Shown here in pieces: positions 1 to 8,853 of a stretch of 52,092 nt of DNA. A program made the translations under genes and the position numbers. The notes under the pieces were generated by a model. It searched no databases, was not told the DNA's origin, and saw only the letters and a program-made list of their open reading frames with translations. Numbering within the stretch: the first letter of the stretch is position 1; every line of letters begins with the position of its first letter. The stretch is taken from positions 1-52,092 of the IMG/VR virus record IMGVR_UViG_3300045993_000887; one strand, given 5' to 3'. Source of the DNA: a virus.

Positions 1-127
1 GAGTTCGGCGGCGGTACGATCGACTTAAACTTCAGGGTAACGGGTGAAGTTTATCTCAGATACCCTAATCGCTTGGCAACGTGCTAATTTTGTGTATCTG
101 ACGAGAATAAGCAACACAAAAGCACCC
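1..127. repeat. Terminal overlap: exact copy of 51966..52092 (circular closure of the contig or a short direct terminal repeat)
   Basis: Bases 1-127 read identical to the last 127 bases. The copy carries the 3' end and stop (85-87) of gene 51258..52052 and the left arm of the 104..159 hairpin. Unique length is 51965 bp. Confidence 0.95.
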
Positions 128-159
128 TATCCTATGGGTGCTTTTGTGTTGCTTATTCT
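104..159. terminator. Long hairpin, probable bidirectional terminator between convergent genes
   Basis: Perfect 24-bp inverted arms 104-127 (AGAATAAGCAACACAAAAGCACCC) and 136-159 with an 8-nt loop. It lies between the stop of the wrapped 51258..52052 gene (+) and the stop of 153..617 (-). Confidence 0.6.
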
Positions 160-617
160 TTAGCTTTTTTATGTTTTGCGTGCCACTTTTTAAAAAGCTT
201 CTTGTATTTCTCTTTATTTTTTAGGTAATACTCTCTAAAGTATTCTCTGCATTTCTCCTTATTTTTCAAGTAATATTTTTTAGATTTTTCTTTAGAACGC
301 TCTCTGCATTTCTCCTTATTTTCTAAGTAATATTTTTTAGAACGCTCCGCCCCCGTCATGGCTGGTTTCTTGCCTAAGAGGGATTGATCAGGGGCGGGTG
401 CGTTTTCCCTGCTTTTAGCTTTTTTTCTTTTAAAATACTCTTTGCCCTCATCAGTTTTATCCCAACATGCTCGGCATAAAGGGGCATGGGCGGAGTCTGT
501 CCGCAATTTTTTAGAGCAGTTTGCACATACACAGCGATTCTTGTGTGCCGTCCGTTGCAAATAATAATCTCGCTGATAAATTTGCATTACTAATTTTTGT
601 TCAGGGGGTTTAGTCAT
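153..617 (-). CDS. Zinc-ribbon protein with Lys-rich tandem-repeat tail, function unknown
   Basis: 154 aa. Cys pairs CVCANCS...CRACW. Three tandem YYL(E/K)NKEK units are encoded by a 57-bp direct repeat (CTCTGC at 245 and 302). Start overlaps the dam stop. Last gene of leftward unit A. Confidence 0.6.
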   Translation of the reverse strand: MTKPPEQKLVMQIYQRDYYLQRTAHKNRCVCANCSKKLRTDSAHAPLCRACWDKTDEGKEYFKRKKAKSRENAPAPDQSLLGKKPAMTGAERSKKYYLENKEKCRERSKEKSKKYYLKNKEKCREYFREYYLKNKEKYKKLFKKWHAKHKKAKE

Positions 618-1438
618 AAATTCTTAGTAGCTAAAATTTCAGTAGCAGATGTGCGATCGCCATTACAAGCAATACGGCGGCGCGCATTGATATATTGCAA
701 ATCAAAGCCTAAACCTTGATATAAAGCAATAATCCTATCAGTGGCTTTATTGCTTGCCACTACAGGACAATTGAGCGCCGCTAGTGATGAGGCAAGATTG
801 ACTTGATCATCCCATGTAAACTTGCCTGAGTAGCCAGTAAAGCCGCCATCATAGGGAGGATCGGCATAGATGAACGTGGAGCGAATATGTTCGCAGGCAA
901 TGACTAAGGAATCATTAAAACCTAAATGATAGAAATCCCAGTAGCGAAAAGCCTCCTGATAAAGCGAGAAATCATGGTCAAGTTTTGGACTTTCATACTT
1001 GCCATAGCCGACATTAAACTCACCCTTTTGATTGAATCTACACAAGCCGTTAAAGCAGGTGTGGTTGAGATAATAGAAAGCCTTTGCCATCCATTCATTA
1101 CTCATCGTAAATCCAGAGTTAAATTCTATCGAGCGATTAAAATCTCTTTTAATTAGATCAAAACAATCTTTAGAATTTTGCCAATAAAAATTTGTGCCAA
1201 CAGTATTCCCTAATCCTTGATCAATACATTTATAAAGCTCTATCAAGTGTGGATTAATATCGCTCAAAATCGCACGTTCTGGCATTACTCCAAGAGGAAT
1301 GCTTAACGCTCCACAAAACGGCTCTACCCATGTATGGGTATTACGGAATGGCTCGTACATTTTAGCTAACCGAGGAGCTAGCCATGTTTTACCGCCAGCC
1401 CATTTAAGGAACGGCGTGAGAGGTTTAGCTTTTTGCAC
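614..1438 (-). CDS. dam: DNA adenine N6-methyltransferase, Dam family (probably GATC)
   Basis: 274 aa. N-terminal FLKWAGGK AdoMet-binding motif and catalytic DPPY (YADPPYD), in the order typical of Dam/D12-class enzymes. Confidence 0.85.
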   Translation of the reverse strand: MQKAKPLTPFLKWAGGKTWLAPRLAKMYEPFRNTHTWVEPFCGALSIPLGVMPERAILSDINPHLIELYKCIDQGLGNTVGTNFYWQNSKDCFDLIKRDFNRSIEFNSGFTMSNEWMAKAFYYLNHTCFNGLCRFNQKGEFNVGYGKYESPKLDHDFSLYQEAFRYWDFYHLGFNDSLVIACEHIRSTFIYADPPYDGGFTGYSGKFTWDDQVNLASSLAALNCPVVASNKATDRIIALYQGLGFDLQYINARRRIACNGDRTSATEILATKNL

Positions 1439-1666
1439 TTAACTGATCCTTTCCCCTGTAGATTTAGAATAAGTTGGCAAGCAATCAGTAGATTCGCTCT
1501 CAATTTGCTCAATGCCATAGCCTTCTTCATTTAAGAGATCAATCATTAGCTCAATCATTTCCTGCTTGGCTTGTGCCTCATTGCCTTTAACTTCTTCATC
1601 CCATCCATCAGCACATTGGCGAAGCGCTGATAATGTATTTTTAAACTTGCAATAATCCATATTCAT
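1439..1666 (-). CDS. Hypothetical small acidic protein
   Basis: 75-aa ORF whose stop abuts the dam start (1438/1439). Same leftward unit. Confidence 0.55.
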   Translation of the reverse strand: MNMDYCKFKNTLSALRQCADGWDEEVKGNEAQAKQEMIELMIDLLNEEGYGIEQIESESTDCLPTYSKSTGERIS

Positions 1667-1739
1667 TTTTGTATCTCCCTAAATCAAAAAATATTCAAGA
1701 GGGGTGCGGCTCCCTCTCATGTACGCTGTGTGATGTGGG

Positions 1740-2090
1740 TTAGGCGTGTACAGACAAATCATAGGCAGACCTTTCGTCACGACATTCTTGAGAAGAGTAC
1801 CAATTGTTATCAACAATTTTCTTTTCTAACAAAGAAGAAAATTCTAAATTTTTTAATGCATCAGAAAGATTTTCATATCCCGCATAGTTGAATCCATTAT
1901 CATCAAGAAGCTCTCCTCTAAGGGCTTTGACAGCTTTAGAGGGATTGGCACGATCAAAATCTTCGTCAGCAACAAAATTTGCTAAACGAATTAATAAAGT
2001 AGACTTGATTTCATTGAGGCGTAGCTCTAATGCGTTCATTTCAGAAGCTAATGCAGCTTCTTCTTTTAAAAGGTCTAAATCTATAGTCAC
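1740..2090 (-). CDS. Hypothetical protein, first gene of leftward unit A
   Basis: The ORF track gives 1740..2177, but promoter cassette 2120-2155 lies inside that N-terminal extension. The first plausible start after the predicted TSS is GTG at 2090, preceded by AGGAAA. Confidence 0.5.
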   Translation of the reverse strand: MTIDLDLLKEEAALASEMNALELRLNEIKSTLLIRLANFVADEDFDRANPSKAVKALRGELLDDNGFNYAGYENLSDALKNLEFSSLLEKKIVDNNWYSSQECRDERSAYDLSVHA

Positions 2091-2119
2091 AATCTTGTTT
2101 CCTGTGCGCTTTAACTTCT

Positions 2120-2155
2120 TTAATATAAATCCTAACGCGACAAATGTCAAACACT
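2120..2155 (-). promoter_or_regulatory. Conserved sigma70-type promoter cassette, copy A
   Basis: The minus strand reads AGTG-N-TTGACATTT-N5-GTTAGGATTTATATTAA. -35 TTGACA (2150-2145), 17-nt spacer, -10 TATATT (2127-2122). Near-identical cassettes at 47109..47144 and 50749..50784. Confidence 0.6.
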
Positions 2156-2205
2156 TTTTAAAAATACTTTTGCACATATAATAAAATCGTTATCCTGTAA
2201 GGCTT

Positions 2206-2802
2206 ATGCTGCATATTTACTCGCACGATCGCTACGTTGCCACACTCACACCTGCGCTTTATGCTCAAAGCCTAAAGCTGACAGCCTTATTTATGCACTT
2301 ATTTGAGCGTTTAGAGGCGTTTGATTATGAGATAGGTGAATATATAGCTCACGATGGAGATCGCCTGTTGCGCGACATTTTGGCTATGCATGGCGCGACA
2401 TTTAATCTAGATGTGATTGCCACAGATTATGGATTGATGCAGAAATTATTTACTAAGGATTTGATTGAGCTTAATAAATTTGAGCCATGCATAGAAGCGC
2501 AAAAAGATCGCCCACATTTAGATGCTGATTCGCCATTCAAAAAGCTCAAAATCAAGAAATCAGGTGATCGCTATATGGATGATTTGGCAGATTTAGCCAT
2601 CATGCTTGGCTCGTATGAGTCCGCTATATCGCTTGCTTATCAGCTTACACAGACGGAAGTAGACCATTTCGTATTTCGATACAGTGAACGGAATAAAATG
2701 CCTGAGAGCCTACTTAATGAGCAAAATAAAGAGTACTTTTTTAATGAGTGGCTAAAAGATGACTGGAATAAAGACTATATGAGTAAAGCTTTTAACTCAT
2801 AA
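2206..2802 (+). CDS. Hypothetical protein
   Basis: 198-aa ORF with TAAGG just upstream of the ATG and a perfect TATAAT at 2177-2182 upstream. Confidence 0.6.
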   Translation: MLHIYSHDRYVATLTPALYAQSLKLTALFMHLFERLEAFDYEIGEYIAHDGDRLLRDILAMHGATFNLDVIATDYGLMQKLFTKDLIELNKFEPCIEAQKDRPHLDADSPFKKLKIKKSGDRYMDDLADLAIMLGSYESAISLAYQLTQTEVDHFVFRYSERNKMPESLLNEQNKEYFFNEWLKDDWNKDYMSKAFNS

Positions 2803-2934
2803 AAAAAGCGCTCTCATTTATCACAGAGAAGCGCTTAGAGTATTATTCAAGCGAAAGGAATAAAAGCATGATAGCATTAATATTGTCGCACCTATGCAGA
2901 TAGGTGCTAATCAATTGAGTACGGTACTACCCAA

Positions 2935-3297
2935 ATGACTACAGAAATTATATCTCAAGCATTAGCCGATCCTGACAGTTTTTATACTGAGCGATGGGAA
3001 TGCGGCTATATGGTTTACCACGGGCGGTTTAATTGGTTCGCTACTTCTATCAATAAAGCGAAAGAAAAGCTTGTAGAGATTAGGAAGGAAGTAGCCTCTA
3101 AGCTTTTGATTTCAGAGGCTTATCGTATTGTTTACGGTGATTGCTTGCATGAAAAAAAGGAATATGCAAGGCTAAGAGAATCTGCATTATCAGACGAGCC
3201 TAGAGTCTATTTTGAGCAGATTTACCCAAAAGATCCTAGCGCTTATGAGTACGCAAAGCGCAACGTAAAGCAATCTATGGTAGAGCATCATGAATAA
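2935..3297 (+). CDS. Hypothetical protein
   Basis: 120-aa ORF, same strand as neighbours, overlaps the next gene by 8 nt. Confidence 0.55.
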   Translation: MTTEIISQALADPDSFYTERWECGYMVYHGRFNWFATSINKAKEKLVEIRKEVASKLLISEAYRIVYGDCLHEKKEYARLRESALSDEPRVYFEQIYPKDPSAYEYAKRNVKQSMVEHHE

Positions 3298-3892
3298 TTT
3301 AGTATCTGAACTCATTCCTATCCCATGCACCGATCGCAAAAAGTTGATGCAATTGCGATCACTTCTAATCGAAATTCAAAGCACATGGTTTGACAATCTA
3401 TTTGACAGTGGACTTACATTTGCAGATCCCATTGTGTGGGAAAAGATGCAAGAAGCTATTTGTTTAATGGAACGACGGGACAACCCATCTGCTAAAGGCT
3501 TTGACCTTAAATCTATTGCTAGTGATTATAAGCTTTTAGAGCAGATTTTTATCGCTAAGCATTGGGAGGTCACTAACTATATTCTTGATGATTCTAGTTT
3601 TGTTGGTTGTGATTTAATTCGTATCCATCATTTTTCTGCTATTGGAGTTTTGAAGGAAGTAGTTGCTTTTATTGCTAATCGTCAATCTATAGAAATTGAG
3701 GAAGTGGATAGTGAATGGCAAATAGATTCTACTATTATTGAGATTTTAAACAATGAGACTCTAACTCCATTGGCACAAACCAAACTTATCAGGAAGTACT
3801 ACATGATGGATAATCGCACAATTGAACAAAGAGTAGTTGATAGCTACCCAGATGAAGACACAGCCTATGAAATTATCAGCAAGGGAGTTTAG
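3290..3892 (+). CDS. Hypothetical protein
   Basis: 200-aa ORF translationally coupled to 2935..3297. Confidence 0.6.
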   Translation: MNNLVSELIPIPCTDRKKLMQLRSLLIEIQSTWFDNLFDSGLTFADPIVWEKMQEAICLMERRDNPSAKGFDLKSIASDYKLLEQIFIAKHWEVTNYILDDSSFVGCDLIRIHHFSAIGVLKEVVAFIANRQSIEIEEVDSEWQIDSTIIEILNNETLTPLAQTKLIRKYYMMDNRTIEQRVVDSYPDEDTAYEIISKGV

Positions 3893-3894
3893 CC

Positions 3895-4038
3895 ATGAGC
3901 AAGCCAAAAGATTCGCAACCTGAAGTTATATTTTCTCGAAAGGCTGAAAATAATTACAATCTGGAAGATAAAAAGAAGAAGCTAAAAGCGATGAAAGTGA
4001 GTCCTTTAATTATGAAAATGTATGAGGATCGAGGATGA
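3895..4038 (+). CDS. Small hypothetical Lys-rich protein (47 aa, below the ORF-track cutoff)
   Basis: ATG lies 2 nt after the 3892 stop, followed by 47 sense codons. Its TGA overlaps the thyX ATG (ATGA at 4035-4038). Confidence 0.4.
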   Translation: MSKPKDSQPEVIFSRKAENNYNLEDKKKKLKAMKVSPLIMKMYEDRG

Positions 4039-4868
4039 CTTTTTATCCCACAGCAAATATTATTGCTGACTCAATAAATGAATGTGGAGATCGCTTAACC
4101 ACATTTGTTTTGACCTATCATCGTATGATTCATTCTGAATTTAACACGCATCGAATGTTTTCGCGTAATGCCTCTAGCAGTCGCGCAATTCCTGTTGAGA
4201 GATTAATTGAACTTGTAGAAGAGCAAGAAGTTTACCCTTTATACTGGGGGCGCAATTGCAAAGGTATGAGTGCAAAGGAAGAGTTGCAAGGTGATGCATT
4301 ATTAGAAGCACAAGCATGGTGGAAAGTTGCAAGAGAAGATGCAATCTCATCAGCAAAGATAGGCATGGAGATTGGTGTCCACAAGCAAACTGTTAACCGC
4401 CTATTAGAGCCATTCTCAACTATTACGGTGATTTGTTCTAGTACTGAATATCAAATTTTTTTTGATCAGCGTTGCCATCCTAATGCACAGCCAGAAATAC
4501 AGGCATTAGCTGTGACTATGCGTGAAGCTTATACCGCAAGCGAACCCAGATTGCTAGAAGCTGGGGAATGGCATATCCCTTTTATGAGTGAGAATGAGTG
4601 GCACGATAATTTTATTGGCAGAATAAAAGATGATGACTTTATCAAAATCGCCACAGGCCGTTGTGCTAGGGTTTCTTATCTCAATCATGGCGGTGTCCGC
4701 CATACTCAAGATGACATCAAATTACACGATCGCCTATTGGCGTCAAAACCAGCGCACCTATCGCCATTTGAGCATTGCGCGATCTCGCTTCCTAACTCAG
4801 AAAAAAGAGCTAATTTTAAAGGCTTTGAATCGTATCGTTTTCAATTAGAACATTGCCAAAAAGCCTAG
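4035..4868 (+). CDS. thyX: Flavin-dependent thymidylate synthase ThyX
   Basis: 277 aa. ThyX signature region EFNTHRMFSRNASSSRAIP (RHR-x7-S-x-R type, with T in place of the first R) and C-terminal HLSPFEH. Confidence 0.8.
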   Translation: MTFYPTANIIADSINECGDRLTTFVLTYHRMIHSEFNTHRMFSRNASSSRAIPVERLIELVEEQEVYPLYWGRNCKGMSAKEELQGDALLEAQAWWKVAREDAISSAKIGMEIGVHKQTVNRLLEPFSTITVICSSTEYQIFFDQRCHPNAQPEIQALAVTMREAYTASEPRLLEAGEWHIPFMSENEWHDNFIGRIKDDDFIKIATGRCARVSYLNHGGVRHTQDDIKLHDRLLASKPAHLSPFEHCAISLPNSEKRANFKGFESYRFQLEHCQKA

Positions 4869-4869
4869 C

Positions 4870-4881
4870 TTGCTTTATTTT
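4870..4881 (+). promoter_or_regulatory. Conserved 12-mer TTGCTTTATTTT, copy 1 (candidate late-promoter element)
   Basis: Exact 12-mer followed by 8 nt (AAAGCCCT) and the ATGGCA of the tape measure gene. No Shine-Dalgarno in between. Confidence 0.4.
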
Positions 4882-4889
4882 AAAGCCCT

Positions 4890-7800
4890 ATGGCAAGCAA
4901 CAGCACTGCAACGATTATTTTTAAGGGCGATGACCAGATATCACCCGCAATTAAAGGCGCTACTGCGAGTGTGGCGGGGCTTAGCCAATCGTTTGAGGGC
5001 GTTGATACAGGGGCTAAGCAAGCATCAGATAGCATTAGAGAGAATCTAGTTAAACAAATTGAGGCGGCGCGTCAAAAAGTTTCTGATTTTGCTAAACAAG
5101 GCTTAAAAGTTGAGCAAGGGCAAGCATTAGGAGAATTAAGAAAATTACAAGGGGAGCTAAAAAAACTTGACGCACCTGTAGGGACTAACACTTTAGATCC
5201 CCTTGCGGCATCTGCCAACAAAACGGCTGTCCAAATTAAAACTGAACTTACCAAGTCAATATTGGCTGTAAATCAAGAATTAGCAAAGCTTTCAACCCAG
5301 AAATTAACGCCTGAAGTTCGCCTAAGACAAGATCAATTATTAGGTCAATTATCAGGATTAAAAACTCAATTAAAGGATATTGACAAACTGGTTGTACAGC
5401 CAAAAGTACAGCTAGACCCGCTACAACTCAATGCCATATCGCAAAGTTTTGGGGCGATCGCGGGTAAGCTAACAGAATTAAAAGGATCGGCTGTTGCGGC
5501 GGCGGGTGCGATTTCCGTAGCTGAGAGAAAGCTGTCCACAGTATCAGATGAGTCTGGGAAATTAATCAAGAATTTTGGCGATTTGGCTGCGGCTAACAAA
5601 TTCCAGACCACAACAGCAGAATTAGCAGGTGCATCCTATGAAGTTTTAAGCGCTGGCTTCACCAAAACTGCTGATGTAACTAAAATCCTAGACGCATCAA
5701 CAAAGGGGGCTGTAGGCGGTTTCTCAGACGTAATCACAGTAAGTAAAGCAACCATTTCAGCGCTTAACGCCTATGGACAAGGTGCAGATCAAGCAGCATC
5801 CTTTGTGGACAAATTCGTGTCTGTGCAGCAAAGCGGCTTAATCACGGTTGATCAATATGCTCAACAAATTGCCAGGATTGCACCAACGGCGGCGGCTGCG
5901 GGTCTAAGCCTAGATGAACTTAACGGCGCAATTGCCACTGCTACTGCATCTGGCGTGCCTGTAGAATCAACATTTAGCGGTTTGCGAACGGCGATCGGCG
6001 CAATCCTAAAGCCAAGTTCTGAAGCTGTCACATTATCGAAAGAATTAGGGATTAGCTTTAATGCTCAAGCCCTAAAGACTAAGGGACTAAGCGGCATTCT
6101 TAAGGAATTAAAAACGACTGGCAATGATAGCGCTGATACGCTCCTTAAATTATTTGGCTCGGCTGAGGCATTGGCAGCGATCGCCCCTTCAATTAATAGC
6201 ATCGAAAAATTAGAGGCAAATATTAAAGCAAGTGCCAATAGCGCGGGGCTTGCAGCCACTAATTTTGATAAAGCCGCCGATCCTATTAAAGCTTTTGCAA
6301 ATCAAACTACCGAGGCTCTAGCCGTATTAGGCAAAGATGTCCTAAAGGTGTTTAACCCAGTAATAGGCACTTCCAAGGCTGTTGTACAAGCCTTTTTAGA
6401 ATTGCCACAGCCAGTGCGAGAAGTAATTGCTTTTCTCGTTGGAGGTGGTGCGGCGATCGCAACTACAGGCGCGGCTATTTCTGGATTTTTGGCAATTCTT
6501 AGCCCAACATTAGCAGGGCTATCTGCACTAGGAACGGGCGTTACGGCTGCGATCGGATTCCTAACGGCTGGGCAAGTGGCGCTCGGCACTGCTACAGCCA
6601 CAACTACTGGATTAACGGCTGCTGAAGCTGCGGCTTTTGGCGGTGTGGCTACTGCATCAGGCAGCGCAACGGCGGGCGTAGGAGGACTGACCACAGCTAC
6701 CGCAGGACTAGGCACGGCGGCGGGTATTACGGCGGGGACATTAGGATTGATCGCATTGGCGGCGGTTCCTTTACTGATCATCGGCAAGCAATTTAATGAT
6801 GCATGGGGAACCGATAAAGTTACGGCTGGCTTAAAAGATATGCGTAGGCAGCTAGACGATATCAAAGCAAAAAGGGGGGAATTAGCTAAACCTCAAAAGG
6901 GACAAGATGATGGATTAGGCGGGACTGGAATTAATGAAGGCAATTTTAACGGATTTATAAACCCATTTAATACCAGACAAGACGAACAAAAAAATGTTAT
7001 TCGCTTTAGCGAAAAACAAAATCAGGATGAGTTAAACAAAGTTTATGAAGATGGCGTCTCCATACTCAAAAAGTATGGAGTGGCTAGCGAAGAAGCTGCT
7101 AAAAAAACAAAATTAAGCAAAGAACAGTTAGAAGCATTTACCAAAGATATTGCAGAGAAAAAAGAAGATTTTGATATTGCAATTAACAATTTGCAAAAAC
7201 AAGGCGAAGAAGCTAAAGGTAATCCTATTTTGCAAGGGCAGATTAGACAAAGGATTATTGAATTTTCTAATGCAAAAAAACTATTAGATGACAAGCTTAA
7301 ATTGCAACTCGAAACTAATAAAAAAGTAGAAGCTGCTGAGAAAAGATCGTCAGAAGCCATTGAAGAGATTGCTAAAAAACGGATTGATAAAGAGAAGCAA
7401 AATAATGAGAACCAAGCTCGGCTGCGTGGACGTGATTTTGAGCAAAAAGCAAAAGCAGAAAGTGGCGCTTTTGAAACAAAGTCGCGTGATGATAAGCGAG
7501 TATTTGAAGCACAATTAAATACTGATAAAAAGGCATTTGAAGAAGGGCAAAAAGCTGACAAAAAAGAATTTGAGAAAGGACTTCAAAGCGAGAATAAGCA
7601 GTTTGCTCGCGATCAAAAAGTTGAGCAACAAGCTTTCAATGCTGAAGAAAAAGCTAGTGACAAAGCCTATGAGAGAGAGAAGCAAGCGGCGCAAAGAGTC
7701 TTTGATAAAGAGCAAGAAAAAGCTAAAGAAGCATTTGATAAAAAGCAACGTGACGCAAGTTTAGCATTTGACAAAAGCCAAGATGCTGCTAAAAAAACGG

Positions 7801-8831
7801 CTGACGATAAATTTGCAATTCGCAAATTAGAGATTGAAAGAAAATTACAACTTGATGCAGCAAAAACACCAGAGGACAAGGCAAAATTAGAAGCAGAATT
7901 TAAGGCGACTGATGAAAAAGCTGCTAAGGAAAAGTTAGCATTTGAACAATTAAAAGCTGATGAGTTAGCGTTTGCAGAAAAGCAAAAAGCTGACAAAATC
8001 GCCTTTGACGAAAGGCAAAAAGTAGATCAAAAAGCTGAGGATGAAAGGCAAAAGGCGGCTAAGCAAGCCTTTGACGACGCTCAAAAACTTGTAGATGAAC
8101 AAAGAGACGCTGATAAGCAACTTAAAAAAGAGGCTTTTGAAGAGCAGTTAAATATTAAGAAAGAAGCTTTTGATGCGGCGCAAAACCTCAAAAAAGAAGC
8201 CTATGAAGCAGGGCAAAATAAATTAAAAGAAGATTTTGATACCACCCAAAATGTCAAAAAGCAAGCCTTTGAGGATGCTGAGCGAGCTAAAAAAGAAGCT
8301 TTTGACCTTGCCCAAAATGACAAAAAAGCTGCTTTTGAGGATGGCGAACGTGCTAAAAAGCAAGCTTTTGAAGACAATTTAAAAGCCCTTGAAGCTCAAT
8401 TTAAGTCTGAGGAGCGGGCTAAAGATATCGCCACAGCACAACAAGTAGCGGCTATTAAAGCGGGTAGTGCGGCGAGTACTGTGGCTGAGTTAGCAAGTTC
8501 AGTCTTAGGGGCTGGTGCTTCACCTAGAGCTAGTGGTGGTAGGTTTGACGCAGGGCAACAGCTTCTAGTAGGCGAGCGTGGTCAAGAATTGGTCACCTTT
8601 GGCAGTGGCGGGTATGTGTCGAATGCCACTGATACTAAGCAAATACTTAGCTCAAATAGCAATGCCCCCAGTAGCGTCTCAACGGCGCGTATGGAGGCAT
8701 TGCTTAGCCAGTTAGTAGGGAAACTAGATCGCCCGAATGTATCGGTACAGACAAGTGAAAACCCTAGCGATGTGCTGATTAAGATTCAGCGTGAGGCGGC
8801 GCGATCGGCGGCTATGCAAAGCGGGATTTAA
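4890..8831 (+). CDS. Tail tape measure protein
   Basis: 1313 aa. TMP-core-like segment (ELAGASYEVLSAGF...ISALNAYGQ). Gly/Ala-rich hydrophobic block. About 300 aa of Lys/Glu coiled coil with an aromatic residue every 11 aa. C-terminal LLVGERGQELV-type motif. Confidence 0.8.
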   Translation: MASNSTATIIFKGDDQISPAIKGATASVAGLSQSFEGVDTGAKQASDSIRENLVKQIEAARQKVSDFAKQGLKVEQGQALGELRKLQGELKKLDAPVGTNTLDPLAASANKTAVQIKTELTKSILAVNQELAKLSTQKLTPEVRLRQDQLLGQLSGLKTQLKDIDKLVVQPKVQLDPLQLNAISQSFGAIAGKLTELKGSAVAAAGAISVAERKLSTVSDESGKLIKNFGDLAAANKFQTTTAELAGASYEVLSAGFTKTADVTKILDASTKGAVGGFSDVITVSKATISALNAYGQGADQAASFVDKFVSVQQSGLITVDQYAQQIARIAPTAAAAGLSLDELNGAIATATASGVPVESTFSGLRTAIGAILKPSSEAVTLSKELGISFNAQALKTKGLSGILKELKTTGNDSADTLLKLFGSAEALAAIAPSINSIEKLEANIKASANSAGLAATNFDKAADPIKAFANQTTEALAVLGKDVLKVFNPVIGTSKAVVQAFLELPQPVREVIAFLVGGGAAIATTGAAISGFLAILSPTLAGLSALGTGVTAAIGFLTAGQVALGTATATTTGLTAAEAAAFGGVATASGSATAGVGGLTTATAGLGTAAGITAGTLGLIALAAVPLLIIGKQFNDAWGTDKVTAGLKDMRRQLDDIKAKRGELAKPQKGQDDGLGGTGINEGNFNGFINPFNTRQDEQKNVIRFSEKQNQDELNKVYEDGVSILKKYGVASEEAAKKTKLSKEQLEAFTKDIAEKKEDFDIAINNLQKQGEEAKGNPILQGQIRQRIIEFSNAKKLLDDKLKLQLETNKKVEAAEKRSSEAIEEIAKKRIDKEKQNNENQARLRGRDFEQKAKAESGAFETKSRDDKRVFEAQLNTDKKAFEEGQKADKKEFEKGLQSENKQFARDQKVEQQAFNAEEKASDKAYEREKQAAQRVFDKEQEKAKEAFDKKQRDASLAFDKSQDAAKKTADDKFAIRKLEIERKLQLDAAKTPEDKAKLEAEFKATDEKAAKEKLAFEQLKADELAFAEKQKADKIAFDERQKVDQKAEDERQKAAKQAFDDAQKLVDEQRDADKQLKKEAFEEQLNIKKEAFDAAQNLKKEAYEAGQNKLKEDFDTTQNVKKQAFEDAERAKKEAFDLAQNDKKAAFEDGERAKKQAFEDNLKALEAQFKSEERAKDIATAQQVAAIKAGSAASTVAELASSVLGAGASPRASGGRFDAGQQLLVGERGQELVTFGSGGYVSNATDTKQILSSNSNAPSSVSTARMEALLSQLVGKLDRPNVSVQTSENPSDVLIKIQREAARSAAMQSGI

Positions 8832-8853
8832 ACTAATTGCCAATAACCCTCTT

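Noticed and set aside
1-127. Read the 127-bp terminal repeat as a biological direct terminal repeat.
   Set aside because: The length equals a common assembler k-mer size, and the repeat cuts through a gene and through one arm of a hairpin. An assembly overlap of a circular or permuted genome is more parsimonious.
1439-1666. Read the small acidic protein next to dam as an Ocr/ArdA-type DNA-mimic anti-restriction protein.
   Set aside because: It is only moderately acidic and I recognise no motif. This is speculation without support from the sequence alone.
5072-7996. Eight ORFs of 60-187 aa on the opposite strand or in other frames of the tape measure gene (for example 6302..6865, 7043..7561, 7667..7996).
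   Set aside because: They are low-complexity shadow frames of Ala/Gly- and Lys/Glu-rich repeats. They have no start context and lie entirely within a well-supported 1313-aa gene.
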